Positions 14,501 to 25,819 are shown, counted from the first letter of the whole stretch. The stretch: DNA of 49,547 nucleotides, filler included, from Bipalium vagum (GCA_037834085.1; 3 parts of 3 records of this genome joined end to end with filler, not necessarily neighbours in it); one strand, 5' to 3'. Made by a program: numbers and translations. Notes: generated by a model from the letters alone, not told the origin.

Positions 14501-15092
14501 ATTATATATTTAAAAATTTTAAAAAACGTTACATTATAATTTTTTAAACTTTAAATTAAAAAAATTTAATAATTGTTAATTTAGGCGTGAGGTCTAATTT
14601 TAAAAAATTCAAGGAAACTAATTTTTCGAATCACTCCTTATAATGATAATAATAACAAATAATGATAATAAATAAAAATTATGGTAAATAATAATTATAG
14701 TAAATAATAATAATAAAAATAATATCAAATTCCCAAATAACACAAATTTATAGAAAGAATTCACTTACTTTCGATAAAAAATTTAAATGACGACTGTATT
14801 TTATACTCTCTTTGATTCAAAATATATGTGAGTGAGCATGAATATTGATTTAATTCTTTTTTAGAGTTAACAACTGTTGATATTACATCTAACTCAATTA
14901 TTAATGATTGGCCTTTGGTAAAGTCGGAGTAACTATTAGACAATATTTTATTCCATTCAATTTTAGTTTTCCATCTAACATTTATTACACACGGAATTTT
15001 TTGACCATGGGATAAATAAATATCTGGAAGATTAACAGATTTATTTCTTTGATAATCGCTATATAAAGCCAAAACTTGCAATTTTGGATATT
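1864..15092 (-). CDS. Multi-exon gene for a cell-surface glycoprotein with >=8 tandem divergent Ig-like domains and a C-terminal hydrophobic segment (5' end incomplete). Exons: 14769-15092, 11282-11596, 10285-10539, 8308-8598, 5932-6651, 1864-2540
   Basis: All five introns are GT-AG and phase 1. Internal exon lengths of 324, 315, 255, 291 and 720 nt are all multiples of 3. Junction codons ACA, ACA, AAA, GGT and TCT contain no stop, giving about 860 codons of continuous ORF. Each repeat has an Ig B-strand Cys and F-strand Cys. The last domain is canonical (ITCSSKGFPEPTIVW...GNYKYTCTAFNKHG). Many N-x-S/T sequons are present. Confidence 0.85.
2988..3155 (+). mobile_element. Decayed mariner transposase fragment
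   Basis: FVAMDET*VYYHDHESK...W and KVFVSGF*DSKLIFLI resemble the mariner motifs T(G/M)DETWV..YDPESK and KVMASVFWD; in-frame stops. Confidence 0.6.
3501..4776 (-). mobile_element. Full-length (1276 bp) DD34D mariner element with a frameshifted transposase, in the last intron of the Ig gene
   Basis: TIRs of about 30 bp (CGAGGGTGAATCAAAAAGTAAAGATACAAG vs CGTGGGTGAATGAAACAGTAAAGATACAAA), each flanked by TA. Motifs TGDETWVHHY, HDNARPH and YSPDLSTCD with exactly 34 residues between the last two Asp. ATG at 4613. The ORF is broken into several frames. Confidence 0.95.
5040..5480 (-). mobile_element. Internally deleted mariner remnant
   Basis: AQRWFKRFSKSNEVL*DTS*RGP (HTH/GRP region) joined to ILHDNEKPHTAKMTREK (HDNARPH region). 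Confidence 0.7.
5932..6651 (-). CDS. Ig-gene exon, Ig-like domains 5-6 (SVLITP...LGDPVMC...FRLCC...PGNIIKCC...TFVKCY...QLNIK)
   Basis: Acceptor aaatgtag, donor T|GTTAGA, phase 1-1, 720 nt open frame. Confidence 0.8.
7010..7368. mobile_element. Tc1/mariner-type MITE (359 bp)
   Basis: TIR CAGGGTTTWTCASAATKTTTAATAA at both ends, TA on both flanks, no transposase. Confidence 0.7.
7665..7890 (-). mobile_element. 3' end of a mariner element
   Basis: SELLAIPKSEYKKYFLS*EKRWHMCIDVEGDYFEK (mariner C-terminus), followed by a TIR-like TA-CAAGGTGTGTCCAATAAATTCCCGG. Confidence 0.7.
8308..8598 (-). CDS. Ig-gene exon, Ig-like domain 4 (KTLISI...FTFECVS...TVEWNC...LDYYCRG...PLQIY)
   Basis: Acceptor ttaaatag, donor G|GTAAAA, phase 1-1, 291 nt, C...W...YYC pattern. 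Confidence 0.85.
9270..9917 (+). mobile_element. Internally deleted mariner (HTH region fused to C-terminus, catalytic core lost)
   Basis: STGRP...RRITTLALAEAASVSKGTIQAILYELGVRKVASKFVVRFLS, then MKKHLRVKHF...LIKRWQKCLDLNGSYLEK*. Confidence 0.75.
10285..10539 (-). CDS. Ig-gene exon, short Ig-like domain 3 (NSISEI...MNLACLV...FAVCFD...VVLEIG)
   Basis: Acceptor cattttag, donor A|GTAAGA, phase 1-1, 255 nt. Confidence 0.8.
11282..11596 (-). CDS. Ig-gene exon, Ig-like domain 2 (KYELMII...FDVGETIQC...AHLCCFV...IDIILL)
   Basis: Acceptor tattatctag, donor A|GTAAAC, phase 1-1, 315 nt. Confidence 0.8.
14769..15092 (-). CDS. Ig-gene exon, Ig-like domain 1 (YPKLQV...GQKIPC...KIEW...QYSCSLTY...FKFFIE)
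   Basis: Acceptor ttttgcag, donor A|GTAAGT, phase 1-1, 324 nt, C...W...YxC pattern. Confidence 0.85.
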
Positions 15093-15384
15093 CTGCAAAA
15101 TTTTAAGATACAATAGGAATAAGAATAAGATGAACTCAGTAGATTATCAAAAACTAGCAAAAAATCAAAATTTTGAACAATAATAATGATTATAATAATT
15201 ATTATAATAATAATCATCATGCGGAGACTCAAAAAGAAATAACAATTTTATGATGTTTATAAATGATTTTTATAAACATTCTATGTGATTTTAATGATAT
15301 AATTCTTTACTTATTCTTTTGCATTCAGTTTCATTCATGTGTATGTAAAATAAGAACCTCTGTAAAACAAAAGCATGTAAAAAT

Positions 15385-15411
15385 TAATAAAATAAATAAT
15401 TGATAATAATA

Positions 15412-15442
<31 letters not shown>

Positions 15443-15485
15443 ATTATTATCAATTATTTCAATATATATATATATACATATATAT
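15385..15485. repeat. (AAT/ATT)n and (TA)n microsatellite
   Basis: Direct reading. Confidence 0.8.
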
Positions 15486-16324
15486 AAAGATAGAAACAAT
15501 CGGGTTACTAATAATAGAAATTAAGCTAAGGAAAAATATACAAACAGTTAAAATAGGAAAAAGAAACAATCAACAAAATTATACAAGGAAAAAATTAAGT
15601 TTTAAAAATAGACATTACATATCTCTAAAAAATATATAAGGTCAGCATACACTTGACTAAATCGCACAAAAAACAAATAACAAGAATAAACCATTTCAAT
15701 ATATTGACAATATCACGAGGCAAAAGTCACGATGACAACGGAAGTTCATCATCAGTATAAATTAAACCAACAATTGAGATGACAAAAATAAACAAGACGA
15801 CGAAATCAATCAGACGACGAATTAACTATTGAAATTAACTTAAAAGTTTAGATCGATTTAAAACGTAATATTATATTATTTATTTATTTATTATTAATCT
15901 TGGCAATTTTGCATAAAGTTGAACAAGAGATCATTTTAAATTCCCATATCCTCTTATAATCACTAGTAATCAAATACTAGGATTATTTATTCTCTTTGAT
16001 TACATCTTCTTATTCTTCCATTTTTGTTCACAATTTACACAGCAGTTAGGGCTCCTAAATTGTTTTAGAATCTTTCCACACCTTACAAGATAACTGTAAC
16101 GGATAACAGAGTTTCTTATTAAAATCAATTGTAATTACCAATTTTTGCAAATAAACACATTTGTTAAAGATCGATTTTGTTTTTCTTTGAAATTTTATTG
16201 AATTTTATTTGTTCCAAATTACACACTATAAAGCCTTCTGATTTGCAACTATTTTTTTAAATTGTCTACATAGGAAATTAGATATTCTTAACTCCATAAA
16301 ATCATTTAGCTTTAGTAAAAACTT

Positions 16325-16336
16325 AATAATAATAAT

Positions 16337-16377
<41 letters not shown>
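16325..16377. repeat. (AAT)n microsatellite abutting an assembly gap
   Basis: Direct reading. Confidence 0.9.
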
Positions 16378-16477
16378 NNNNNNNNNNNNNNNNNNNNNNN
16401 NNNNNNNNNNNNNNNNNNNNNTTAATTAATTAANNNNNNNNNNNNNNNNNNNNNNNNNNNNNNNNNNNNNNNNNNNN
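16378..16477. other. Assembly gap with artificial six-frame-stop spacer
   Basis: 44 N + TTAATTAATTAA + 44 N = 100 nt, identical in layout to the second gap. Confidence 0.95.
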
Positions 16478-16873
16478 ATCGAAAGGGGGTGGTCTTCCAC
16501 CACGATAACGCAAGGCCACATATCAGTTTGATCACTCGCCAAAAATTGCTCGACATTCGGTGGGATGTTTTGCCACATCCACCCTATAGTCCAGATCTTG
16601 CCCCTTACGATTTTCATCTGTTTCGCTTCTTGCAAAACTCATTGAAGGGTATAGCGTTTAGTAATGAGGGCCTTATCAAAGAGCAGCTTGAGAAGTTCTT
16701 TGTAGAGAAAAACGCAGACTTCTATCTGCGAGGAATAATTAAGCTACCACAAAGATGACAGATGGTAATTGATCAAAACGGGGAATACATAATAGACTAA
16801 TTTGTTTTTGTTATATTAAATAAATGTGTTTATACTGTGTAATAAAAACGCACTGACTTTTTGAACAACCCAA
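16478..16873 (+). mobile_element. 3' half of a DD34D mariner (5' part lost in the gap)
   Basis: RKGVVFHHDNARPH...HPPYSPDLAPYDFHLF...KLPQR*QMVIDQNGEYIID*; TIR ...CGCACTGACTTTTTGAACAACCCAA-TA. Confidence 0.9.
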
Positions 16874-16879
16874 TATATC

Positions 16880-17381
16880 CATTTTTCATCATTTGGGTTA
16901 TTAAATAAATGGCGATAGATAGACAAACGGCGTTCAGCTTGACTTAGCGTCAAGTCATGCGGTACTTTAGAAACGCACTTTTATCCCTTGTTATGTTGAT
17001 GTAGATGACGAACCACAGATGGTGATGTTCCGATCTCAGCCGACAATCTACGCGTACTATTTGATGGGTTCATTTCTATGGCTTTGAATTCTACAGTGAT
17101 GGGACATCCACTGCGAAGATAATCATTGAGGTCCATGTCACCCTTGTTGAATTGCAGCATCTATTACTCTGAAATTCTGTTTGCTAATTTATCCATGCTT
17201 TTTTTCTGAATAAATATATACACACAAACTAAATAAAACGTAACATAATTAAAAGTATCTTACGCGTCTCTTTCTCAGCTTTCAAATGGTGTGCAACTTG
17301 TTAATATTTAAACCAATTATATATTTAAAGTTGCTTTAAAGTTTATATAGAAAAAACACACGAACTTATGAATCAACCAAA
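16880..17381 (-). mobile_element. 5' part of a decayed mariner, tail-to-tail with the preceding element
   Basis: QFNKGDMDLND..RSGCP...STRRLSAEIG...KVPHDLTLSQAERR; TIR-like CACACGAACTTATGAATCAACCAAA-TA at 17357-17383. Confidence 0.7.
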
Positions 17382-18044
17382 TAATAAATTGTATCTTATA
17401 ATAATATTATAATTATCAATTTTATGAGAAAGACGAATCTCGCTAATGAAAAAAAATATATATTGTTAAGATTTTTCTGGAATTATTTTTTGATAAAAGA
17501 AAATTATAAAATTTAATGCAAAGAAGAAAGATAATGATTTAAACAAAATTTAGTTTGATTAAGAATCCAGCTCATTTATTCACATATAAAAAAATATCAA
17601 CGTTATCTTCAGTCTTAATCTTCATATATTACTAAACTGAAATGAATTAAATTATAATCAATAACAAAGAATAAAATATATTGATTCACAGATAACCATC
17701 AAAGATCCGTTCTATTTTAATCGGAAATCAATATTAAAATTGAATTCTCATTAAATAAATTTTTTAAAATCAAATTTAAACAAGCAGCCCCATTGTATAT
17801 AGAATATAATTATAACTTTTAAATGGTAAAATATACTTATCCAGAAAAAAGTACTTCAAAAAATTAAAAATTGTTTCTTCACAATTTCCTCATGACAGAC
17901 TACTAACAATGAGATTATTAGATTTAATGACAATAAATCCACCCTTTAGTTTGATTACAAATGTCAACTGACATTTGTTTAGTTTTTTAATATATTTTGG
18001 ATTGCATAACATTCCCAGTTATTATTAATGGTTGATTAATTAGT

Positions 18045-18395
18045 GTACGATATCTCTTTGAAATTATCAAGCAGCACATTATTCCAAATACTTAAACACA
18101 AAACATGATAATACAAAGCCGCACACTGCAAAGTTAGTGATTGATGCTTTTTGTTCCACAAATGAATCAGGTCTTCCATGGTCAGAATGTCACCTATCAA
18201 ACATAATTAAGATGGTATTGGTCAGTGTGTCAGACAAAATAAAATCATATAGCAACTACAGAAGAACGAATGACTAAAAAAAATAATAGAAAATGAGAAT
18301 TAATATTACAAGAGAATTTTCAAAAAATTATTTTAAGCATGAGGAAAGGACTACAGGAATGTATTGACAAAGGAAGAGGCCGTATTAGCTATTAA
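18045..18395 (+). mobile_element. Tc1-type transposase 3' remnant
   Basis: RYLFEIIKQHIIP...KHDNTKPHTAKLV...LPWS...SMRKGLQECIDKGRGRISY*. Confidence 0.7.
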
Positions 18396-19709
18396 TTGTG
18401 AAATAGTAATAATGTTCATATGATGAATAATACAATTGTTTTATTGAAATATCGCTTTATAATGTGTAGTACTTTTGGTGAATAAGGATATTTAGCTTCA
18501 ACTCAATCTATATTTGATTGCATTGGATAAAAAGCATTATAAAATTAAATAAATTATTATAAAGTTTCTTAAAATCATATTAAAAATATTGATTAAATAC
18601 GAGGAATAATATTTGAAGAATAAAAAAAAGAAAAAAATTTTTTATTTATTAAATCAATTTTCGTTAATATTAATATATTTGTCTGCGCTAATTAAACAAA
18701 TAAATAAAAAGAAAATTTTCCATATTTTATTATAATTTTGCTCAATTTGCAAAACAATGGATGCTTAATTATTTTTTTTCATTAATTGGATCTTGATAAA
18801 ATATTTTTAATTAATAACAGAATAATATTAAATATATCATATTTTATAAGTATAAGTGCATAAGATGGAATGATCAATTTTCTGAATTGATTTTAAAATT
18901 ATAACATTTTTTTTTCAATTAAAATATGTAAATTTTGGCTTTTTATTGTCAATCAACAGATTCTAAAGATTTAATTAAATAATTTAATAAATTATAATTT
19001 AATTTAATTGATATATCCAACTATTTTTAACTTAAATATAATACAAAAATTACCATTAATAAAAATAAAAATTAAATTAAATTTAAATCATAAAAACATA
19101 TAAAATACAATAATATAAAAAAATAATAAACGAAAATATTTCTCTTTAATTTATTGGTTGATATTTATAAAATTAATAAAGAATAAAAATGACTTAAAAA
19201 TTATAATTAAATTAATGATAGTTTCTTTATTTATACTTATTTGTATCATTTCCAATAAATTTAATATATATTGCCTTTAGTAACATTATTCTCAAAAAAT
19301 AATATATTCCAATTTAAATAATATTTTTCATATAGTTTTTCTCATTTGAAAAATATTAACAAATGAAAACGTATATCAATTTCCAATGTTAAAGTGAAAA
19401 TTATCATTTAAATATATTATATAACTAATATATTTATATATATTTATTTATATAAAGGAAATCAGTTCATATGCTTTTGAACAAATTTGCCATCATATAT
19501 TAAATTTGACCGACAATTTATACCATGTGTTTATTTTGACGATTTTTTTGGTTCAAAACATGATCCAGAAATTCAAATATTCTGTTATTTTTATTCAGTT
19601 TCATCTGGTCCAGTACATCTAAGAAGCTGTTCTTTGAAAATCTCAGAAAAATAAAACAGGTTTATTAAATGTCTCCGTTTCTTAGTTCGAATTACGGAAG
19701 GAGATTTTA

Positions 19710-20095
19710 ATGGAACAGCAAATAAATATCACGTTTTGCTCAAGATTCTTTGTAACGGATACCGAAATATAACAGAGAATAAATAATGTTATCGATCATT
19801 GTTAAAATGCTTTGAGGTGCAAGAATATACTTAATTGGTAATCAATATGTGACTTGTAGACTCATTTCAAAAAACCCTAATATTTCTGGGAAAGTAAACA
19901 GAATATTTTGACAAAAAAGTTGGAGAAACGGACAATTTGCCCATGTTTTGTGTTTCATTTGGTGAAAGACGATTTAGACGAGCCAACAGTGATCAAAGAA
20001 TATAACGTTTCTTTATTGTCGGGTCTGTGGAAAAGTATTCAGCGAGTTTGACGAAAAGTCATGTATGTTTGTATGACAATGTACAGAGCACACAC
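19710..20095 (+). mobile_element. Highly decayed, internally deleted mariner
   Basis: MEQQINITFC..., ILTKKLEKRTICPCFVFHLVKDD, TVIKEYNVSLL..L.KSIQRV and LYDN resemble successive mariner motifs. Confidence 0.55.
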
Positions 20096-20316
20096 ACACA
20101 CTACGTAAATATTTTTTCTGTGTTCCCCCCCCCCCAGTATGTCGCTCGTATACTTTAATATTTAAAATCAGATCAGATCATAAAAATTAATATATATCTC
20201 CGAATCAAATTTAATACCGAATCTGTTAATACCACGTAAGTAAAATCTAGTAGGATTATTTATGAAAATATTGATTAACCAACAATTACTGGGCAAAATT
20301 AGATTAAATATATATA

Positions 20317-21581
20317 CAATCTGATACATTAAATTGTCCAGTAAAAAATTACAACATTTATATTATATGTATATTATATTTATATACAGAAAACAATATA
20401 TTGTTAATATTTAGTATATCCTCCAGCTGCATCGGTTATTTCGAAAAGCCTTCGCTCCATAGAATCTACAAGGCTGTACCCGTAATCCAAAAATCCTGAC
20501 ACTTGCTGAACAGTCAGATGTAGTTGGCTTTATGAGAATATGATTAAGCTGGTGTTTCATGCACCCCCACACATTTTAGATGGGGTTAGCTGATTGCTGA
20601 CCACGGCAGAAGAGGTACGTCTTGATCATCAAACCAATGTCTTGTAAATTTGGCAGTATGGATTGGTGCATTGCCTTGCTGGTAGAATTCTAGGTTGTTC
20701 ATTTGATCGACGAAAGGAAGGAGGTTCTGTTCTAATAGCTCAATATATTCTTCAGAATTAAGCTGCTGTTGAGTAATTACTGTAACCATTTCTAGAAAAC
20801 GATCCCCACAACATGTAGTGACATGAACTTCTGCTTGGAAAATGGGTAACAAACCGATCCTGAAGTCTAGTGCTTTCCCAAGCCATAGGAACTATTGTCT
20901 ATTATTCATCTGGAACTTTGATTCATCACTGAAGATGATTGCTGACGAGTTTGTTTGGCGATGCTGTTGTGCCAACAAGAAACGCGCTGCTTTTTGAGCC
21001 TTTGAAAGGAATAACTTGTGTGCTGGAGAAAAAAACCCAATATCCTTCGAGCGGCGATTGATCGTGTCATATGATACTTTTTAGATTGCAGACAAGTCTG
21101 ATGCTACTTTCTGAGTTCCTCTGAAAGGGATGTTGTTTTAAATATCTCGCAATATGCCTGTCAAACTTATTTGTTGTTTTTCGCAATCTCTTACATTTGG
21201 TACGGTTTCCTTCATGTAGTAGATCATTATTAATATTTCGCTAGCAATATTTAATGACATCAGACAGTGTCAGATCAAGAGTACTGCTATCTCTTCATAT
21301 ATCCATTCCGCATGTTTGCGTAATGCATAAATCTGTCCTTTGTTAAAAGGCGTTAAATCGAAATGACACATAATTTGACGAGTATACGGGAAATTAAACT
21401 AAACTAATACTCTAGCTGAATTATGAAGCAAAATACACTTACGTGGTTCTACAAAATGAATTGAAAAACTTTATATTAGAATTGACAACTATAAATAATC
21501 TGATATATTTATTTAAACAAATTTATTTAATTGAAAAAGTATTGAATATTTTGTACTGGACAATTTAATTGTATCAGACTG
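20317..21581 (-). mobile_element. Full-length (1265 bp) decayed Tc1-like element
   Basis: TIRs CARTCTGATACA(A)TTAAATTGTCCAGTA, each flanked by TA. Motifs IFSDESK, QQGNAPIHTAK and LPWSAIS*PH. Multiple stops and frameshifts. Confidence 0.9.
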
Positions 21582-23087
21582 TATATATACATTATTCATC
21601 ATTATTAAGGAAGTTTTACTATGAAAAAAAACTGATTATGTTTATCCTTCAGTACAAAAAATTATGGTAGAAGAGATATAATCACGGAGAAGGAAGAAAG
21701 TTGCTGCACTTTGAAATAGGAGTAGTAAACTTCTTTCTTCTGAAATTTTATTATGAAATTTACTCAAATGTTATAAAATTAGTTAACTAAACATAAAAGT
21801 ATATTAAATCAAGCTGAACGTCAGAGGTGACGAAGGCCACATATCTAAAAGTAAATCAAAGATAAAAGAAGATCATCATGATAGTTGATATATATTTACT
21901 CCAAGCTCTAGGGCATATTGTCAATTCCAAGGTTCAAAAGAAAGTATAGACTGGAAGGTATACGGTTATCTTTTTAAAAATCGTTATTAAAATTCAATGT
22001 AAGAAAATAAAGGTACTTATCTACTAAAAATAAATAAAAGTAATTGTACCATTATCTTTTTCATTAAAAAAACTGTTATTAAACAAAATGAAAATTATTA
22101 ATTCAAAATCAAATCAATTTTAAGAAAATAATTTATCAAATTACTTGATTAAAACACCTATATCATATAAATAAATTTACACAAATAAATATATTATAAT
22201 ATCAAATTAGGACGAAAATGCTGGTGACCTTTATATTTGGCCCAGCTAATAATATTTTGATTTATAAAAATTTATACAAATAATTTCAAATTTAATATTT
22301 TTAAAAAATTAATTTTCGGGAATTAAAAAATAAAAAAAAATACATGCATATTTTAATAATAAAATCAAAAATAAATCAATATTATTTTTATTTTTGGTTA
22401 CATTTTAATATAATTCATTTTTTATAAATCAAAATTTTTTAACTTAAAGGAATAAATAAGATAAAGAAAATATTTGAATTATTTTTAAATATTTATATAA
22501 ATAAAATTAATGATCATAATTAATTACATCACATCACGCACTTTAATAAGTTTATGACAATTAAAAATTTTTTTTATTATGAGACCTTAAAAAGTTATTG
22601 TCACTTCTAGAAAATAAATTAAATGACAGATTAAAATTTTTAAAAAGTTTTTAAAATAAAAAAACGAAAACTGACCGTTTTATTTTTAATTATTAATAAA
22701 ATTTCAGTCATATTTTACGATTTATTTCATCTTATTGAGGATTTTGAAAATAAAAAATAAAAATTATAAATGAAATAATTTGCATAAAATTGGAAACTTT
22801 TACTATTAAAATTTAAGTGATGATATTACTATAACTATAATATTATTATTTTAATATTTGTTCAATTATTGTATTAAAATTAAAATGAATTTTCTTAAAA
22901 AAAACATTTAGGTTTAACCTTCTGTGTAAATGATTAAATAATAATTTAAAGTTTAAAAGTTTAATTAATGGATTTTTTAAAATTGAAGTTAGTTATAGTT
23001 AAATTAAAGAAAAATCGAATTTCTTTAATATAAGAAAAAAATCCATTTCTGATTATTGAATAAATTTTATTATCAAGTCTTTATTTC

Positions 23088-23149
23088 CGTTGTTTTCAAA
23101 CGACAACGACATGCATAATGATAACCTCACAACCAAAATCATGTTATAA
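23088..23149 (-). other. Candidate signal-peptide exon of the Ig gene (needs a non-canonical GA donor)
   Basis: Acceptor tttttatag. In frame with the upstream micro-exon it reads MDSYNMILVVRLSLCMSLSFENN. The phase-1 donor position reads G|GAAATA, not GT. Confidence 0.2.
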
Positions 23150-23968
23150 CTATAAAAAGCATTATAAGAATATAATTTATTTATTTATTTGAAATCAAAT
23201 AATAATTTAAATAAATTATCAAAATTAATTAATTATCACTAAAGTTCTCATAAATTAATTAATTTCTTTCTATTTTTGTGATCGATGCGAAAAGAAATTT
23301 ACATTTTAGTTTCAAATTTTAATTAAATTTTTATCGCAAAAAAAGATAAAATCTATTTATGCTTCCGATCAGAAAAGTATTATTTTAGAATTCTGTCAAT
23401 TATTTTTGATTTAATGAAAATCTTCATTATTCTTCATTGTTCAAATATAATTGCCATTCATTAAGGCTTTCACATACAGTTCGCATCAACTGAACATCAC
23501 ATTTAAGGCTTTTAAATAAATATTATAAATTATTTTTGAAAAGATTAATAACATTACAATTATCCCTATTTAAAAAACGTTCAAATTAATTATATTTGTT
23601 TTAAAATGATATAATCAATTAAATTTATATTGATTACATGTCAAAATAAAATAATAAATAAATATATCAATGATATTGAATTATAAATTAATTTAATATC
23701 GTTAATTTATTTTTTTATTGATTTATTTTAATTTTTGTCAATATTTATAAATTCATTGTATTTTTATCACATGTTTTAGAAAAGATTAATTAATTTTATT
23801 TTTTCTTCAAATTAATGTTTTGTAACATGAAATGTATTTGAATTAAATTACTAAAAAATTATGACATGAAATATGTTTATTTATTTATAATCAAATATTA
23901 TTGAGATAAAATTATTTCGATGGTCATTAATTTTTACTTAAGAATAGACAAGACTCTCTAAAACTAAC

Positions 23969-24004
23969 CTGTCCATATTAATCGTGAACGCTGGATAATT
24001 TTGT
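23969..24004 (-). other. Candidate 36-nt exon, possibly the first coding exon of the Ig gene
   Basis: Strong sites tttttgcag| ... CAG|GTTAGT; ends ATG GAC AG. Confidence 0.4.
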
Positions 24005-24668
24005 CTGCAAAAATAAATTGAACTTTACTGATATTTTTTGAATTTTTTTATTAATTTTATAAATAAATTAGATATCGAGAAAAATTTCTTTCAATTTGGA
24101 ATTAATTTAAATAAATTTTTTAAAGGAAATAATAATTTTAATAAATGATTCAATTAAATAATTAATATGTAATCGAATAATTTTTTATTTTTTATTAATA
24201 AATTTAAGTTTAAAAATTATTTAATTAACCGATATTAGATAAATACTATATTCTATTTCCTCAAATTATTAAATAATTGAATTGAAAATTTTAAAAAAAA
24301 TTAAAAATTAAACACAAATAAAATTATAAGATATTATAAATTATTATAATATATATATTGTTGTTTATTCTGAACATGTAAACGACAGTTTACTATTGGA
24401 TCAATAATGACAATGAAATAATGAAAATATTTGATTGAAATATGATTTAATATATATGTGTGCCTATTGGCCGGTGTGTGAAGTCGGCAGATAACTGACA
24501 GATAATGCGTCAATTAAATCAAAATAGATTCAAATATCACCCTATCATGTAATATACAAATTGTTTAAGTCACTTATTTTAACTTATTAAGTAAATCAAG
24601 ATCATTAAAATGATAAATAGAAATAAGATAAACAGATCAGTATTATTAAATTATTTACATTTTCAGAA

Positions 24669-24960
24669 ATGACTCTCAAGAATTGTATTGTAAATTTTTA
24701 CAATGAAAACATACATTTAAGAAAAATCTTTATTGCTAGGCATTTCATTGATGAAGGCATACTCAAATCATATAGTGTTATCTTTTGTATTATTGATGAT
24801 GCTCTCCATATTTTTTATCTTAAATACTGCTCAATAGTGATGAGTTAGAATTCAAGCTTCCATTACATTGCCGATTATTTAACTTCTACTACTTATCAAC
24901 TATGACTTGAGAATGAAAAGAAATCTCTACAGATGAATTAGCATGGAATCGAAACATTAA
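24669..24960 (+). mobile_element. Decayed Tc1/mariner-superfamily remnant
   Basis: MTLKNCIVNFYNENIHLRKIFIARHFIDEGILKS resembles the N-terminus of invertebrate Tc1-like transposases (FY....K.FTV.HF..EG...ST). Confidence 0.4.
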
Positions 24961-25819
24961 TATCAGGTAACAGGTGACGAAAAGTGAATTTTCTAAGGAT
25001 AAAATTTGCAACAAACAATCAAATCACAAATGCTTAATTAATAACATAATCATTTATTTAATACTTGAACAAGCTTCAATTAAATTAAATGTTTCAGGAA
25101 TTGTTTTAATAAAGTCATTTTGTGGCTTAAGTTAAAACTCCTGAGGAAATTACACGAAAAATTCATTAATTCTGACGCTCTTGGCTGCTCTGAAATGGCT
25201 GTTGCAGAAAAGGAAACACAGAAGTGAAAAATAAAATATTTCTATTCTTGAAATTTGAGCATCTTTTTATCCAGTAATAATAATCAGTAAAATAATAAAT
25301 ATAAATAATAAAAAAAATCACTTTGTAAAGAAATTTTTAATTTATCAATATATTTGGAAATAATGCAATATTAACAATTTTAAATCTCGAAATATTTATG
25401 AAATCCAAATTGGAAATCCGAATAAATAGGCCAGAGATCTGTTCAAAAGATAAAAACTGATCTCTGCTAAACAAAATATAATAATTTATTATATATGTAC
25501 CATATATTTTTAAAGAATTATATTAAATTAAAATCGTAATATTTGATTTTATGCTAGCAGGATTTCCGATGTCAGATGTCAAGCGCTACACAACGAATAT
25601 TTATTTTCACTGAATTTAATTTCTTATTTTATTTGTTGGAAAAATCATGCATGTGGATTTTATATTTATTTTCATTATATATACATATAATGGAAAAATA
25701 TTAAAAGAAAAAATATTAAAATGTTTATTTTCAATATAAAATTTAATAATTTTAATTTGATATTTAATAATCATTGGTAAATTATAAATTTAAAACAATG
25801 ATTATTTTTTATTTTATTT

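Noticed and set aside
16422-16433. Palindromic TTAATTAATTAA inside N runs (also 32256-32267)
   Set aside because: The identical 44N-12-44N layout at both gaps marks an artificial scaffold spacer, not biology
17957-17978. Palindrome ACAAATGTCA-AC-TGACATTTGT
   Set aside because: Isolated short palindrome next to a Tc1 remnant; no evidence of independent function
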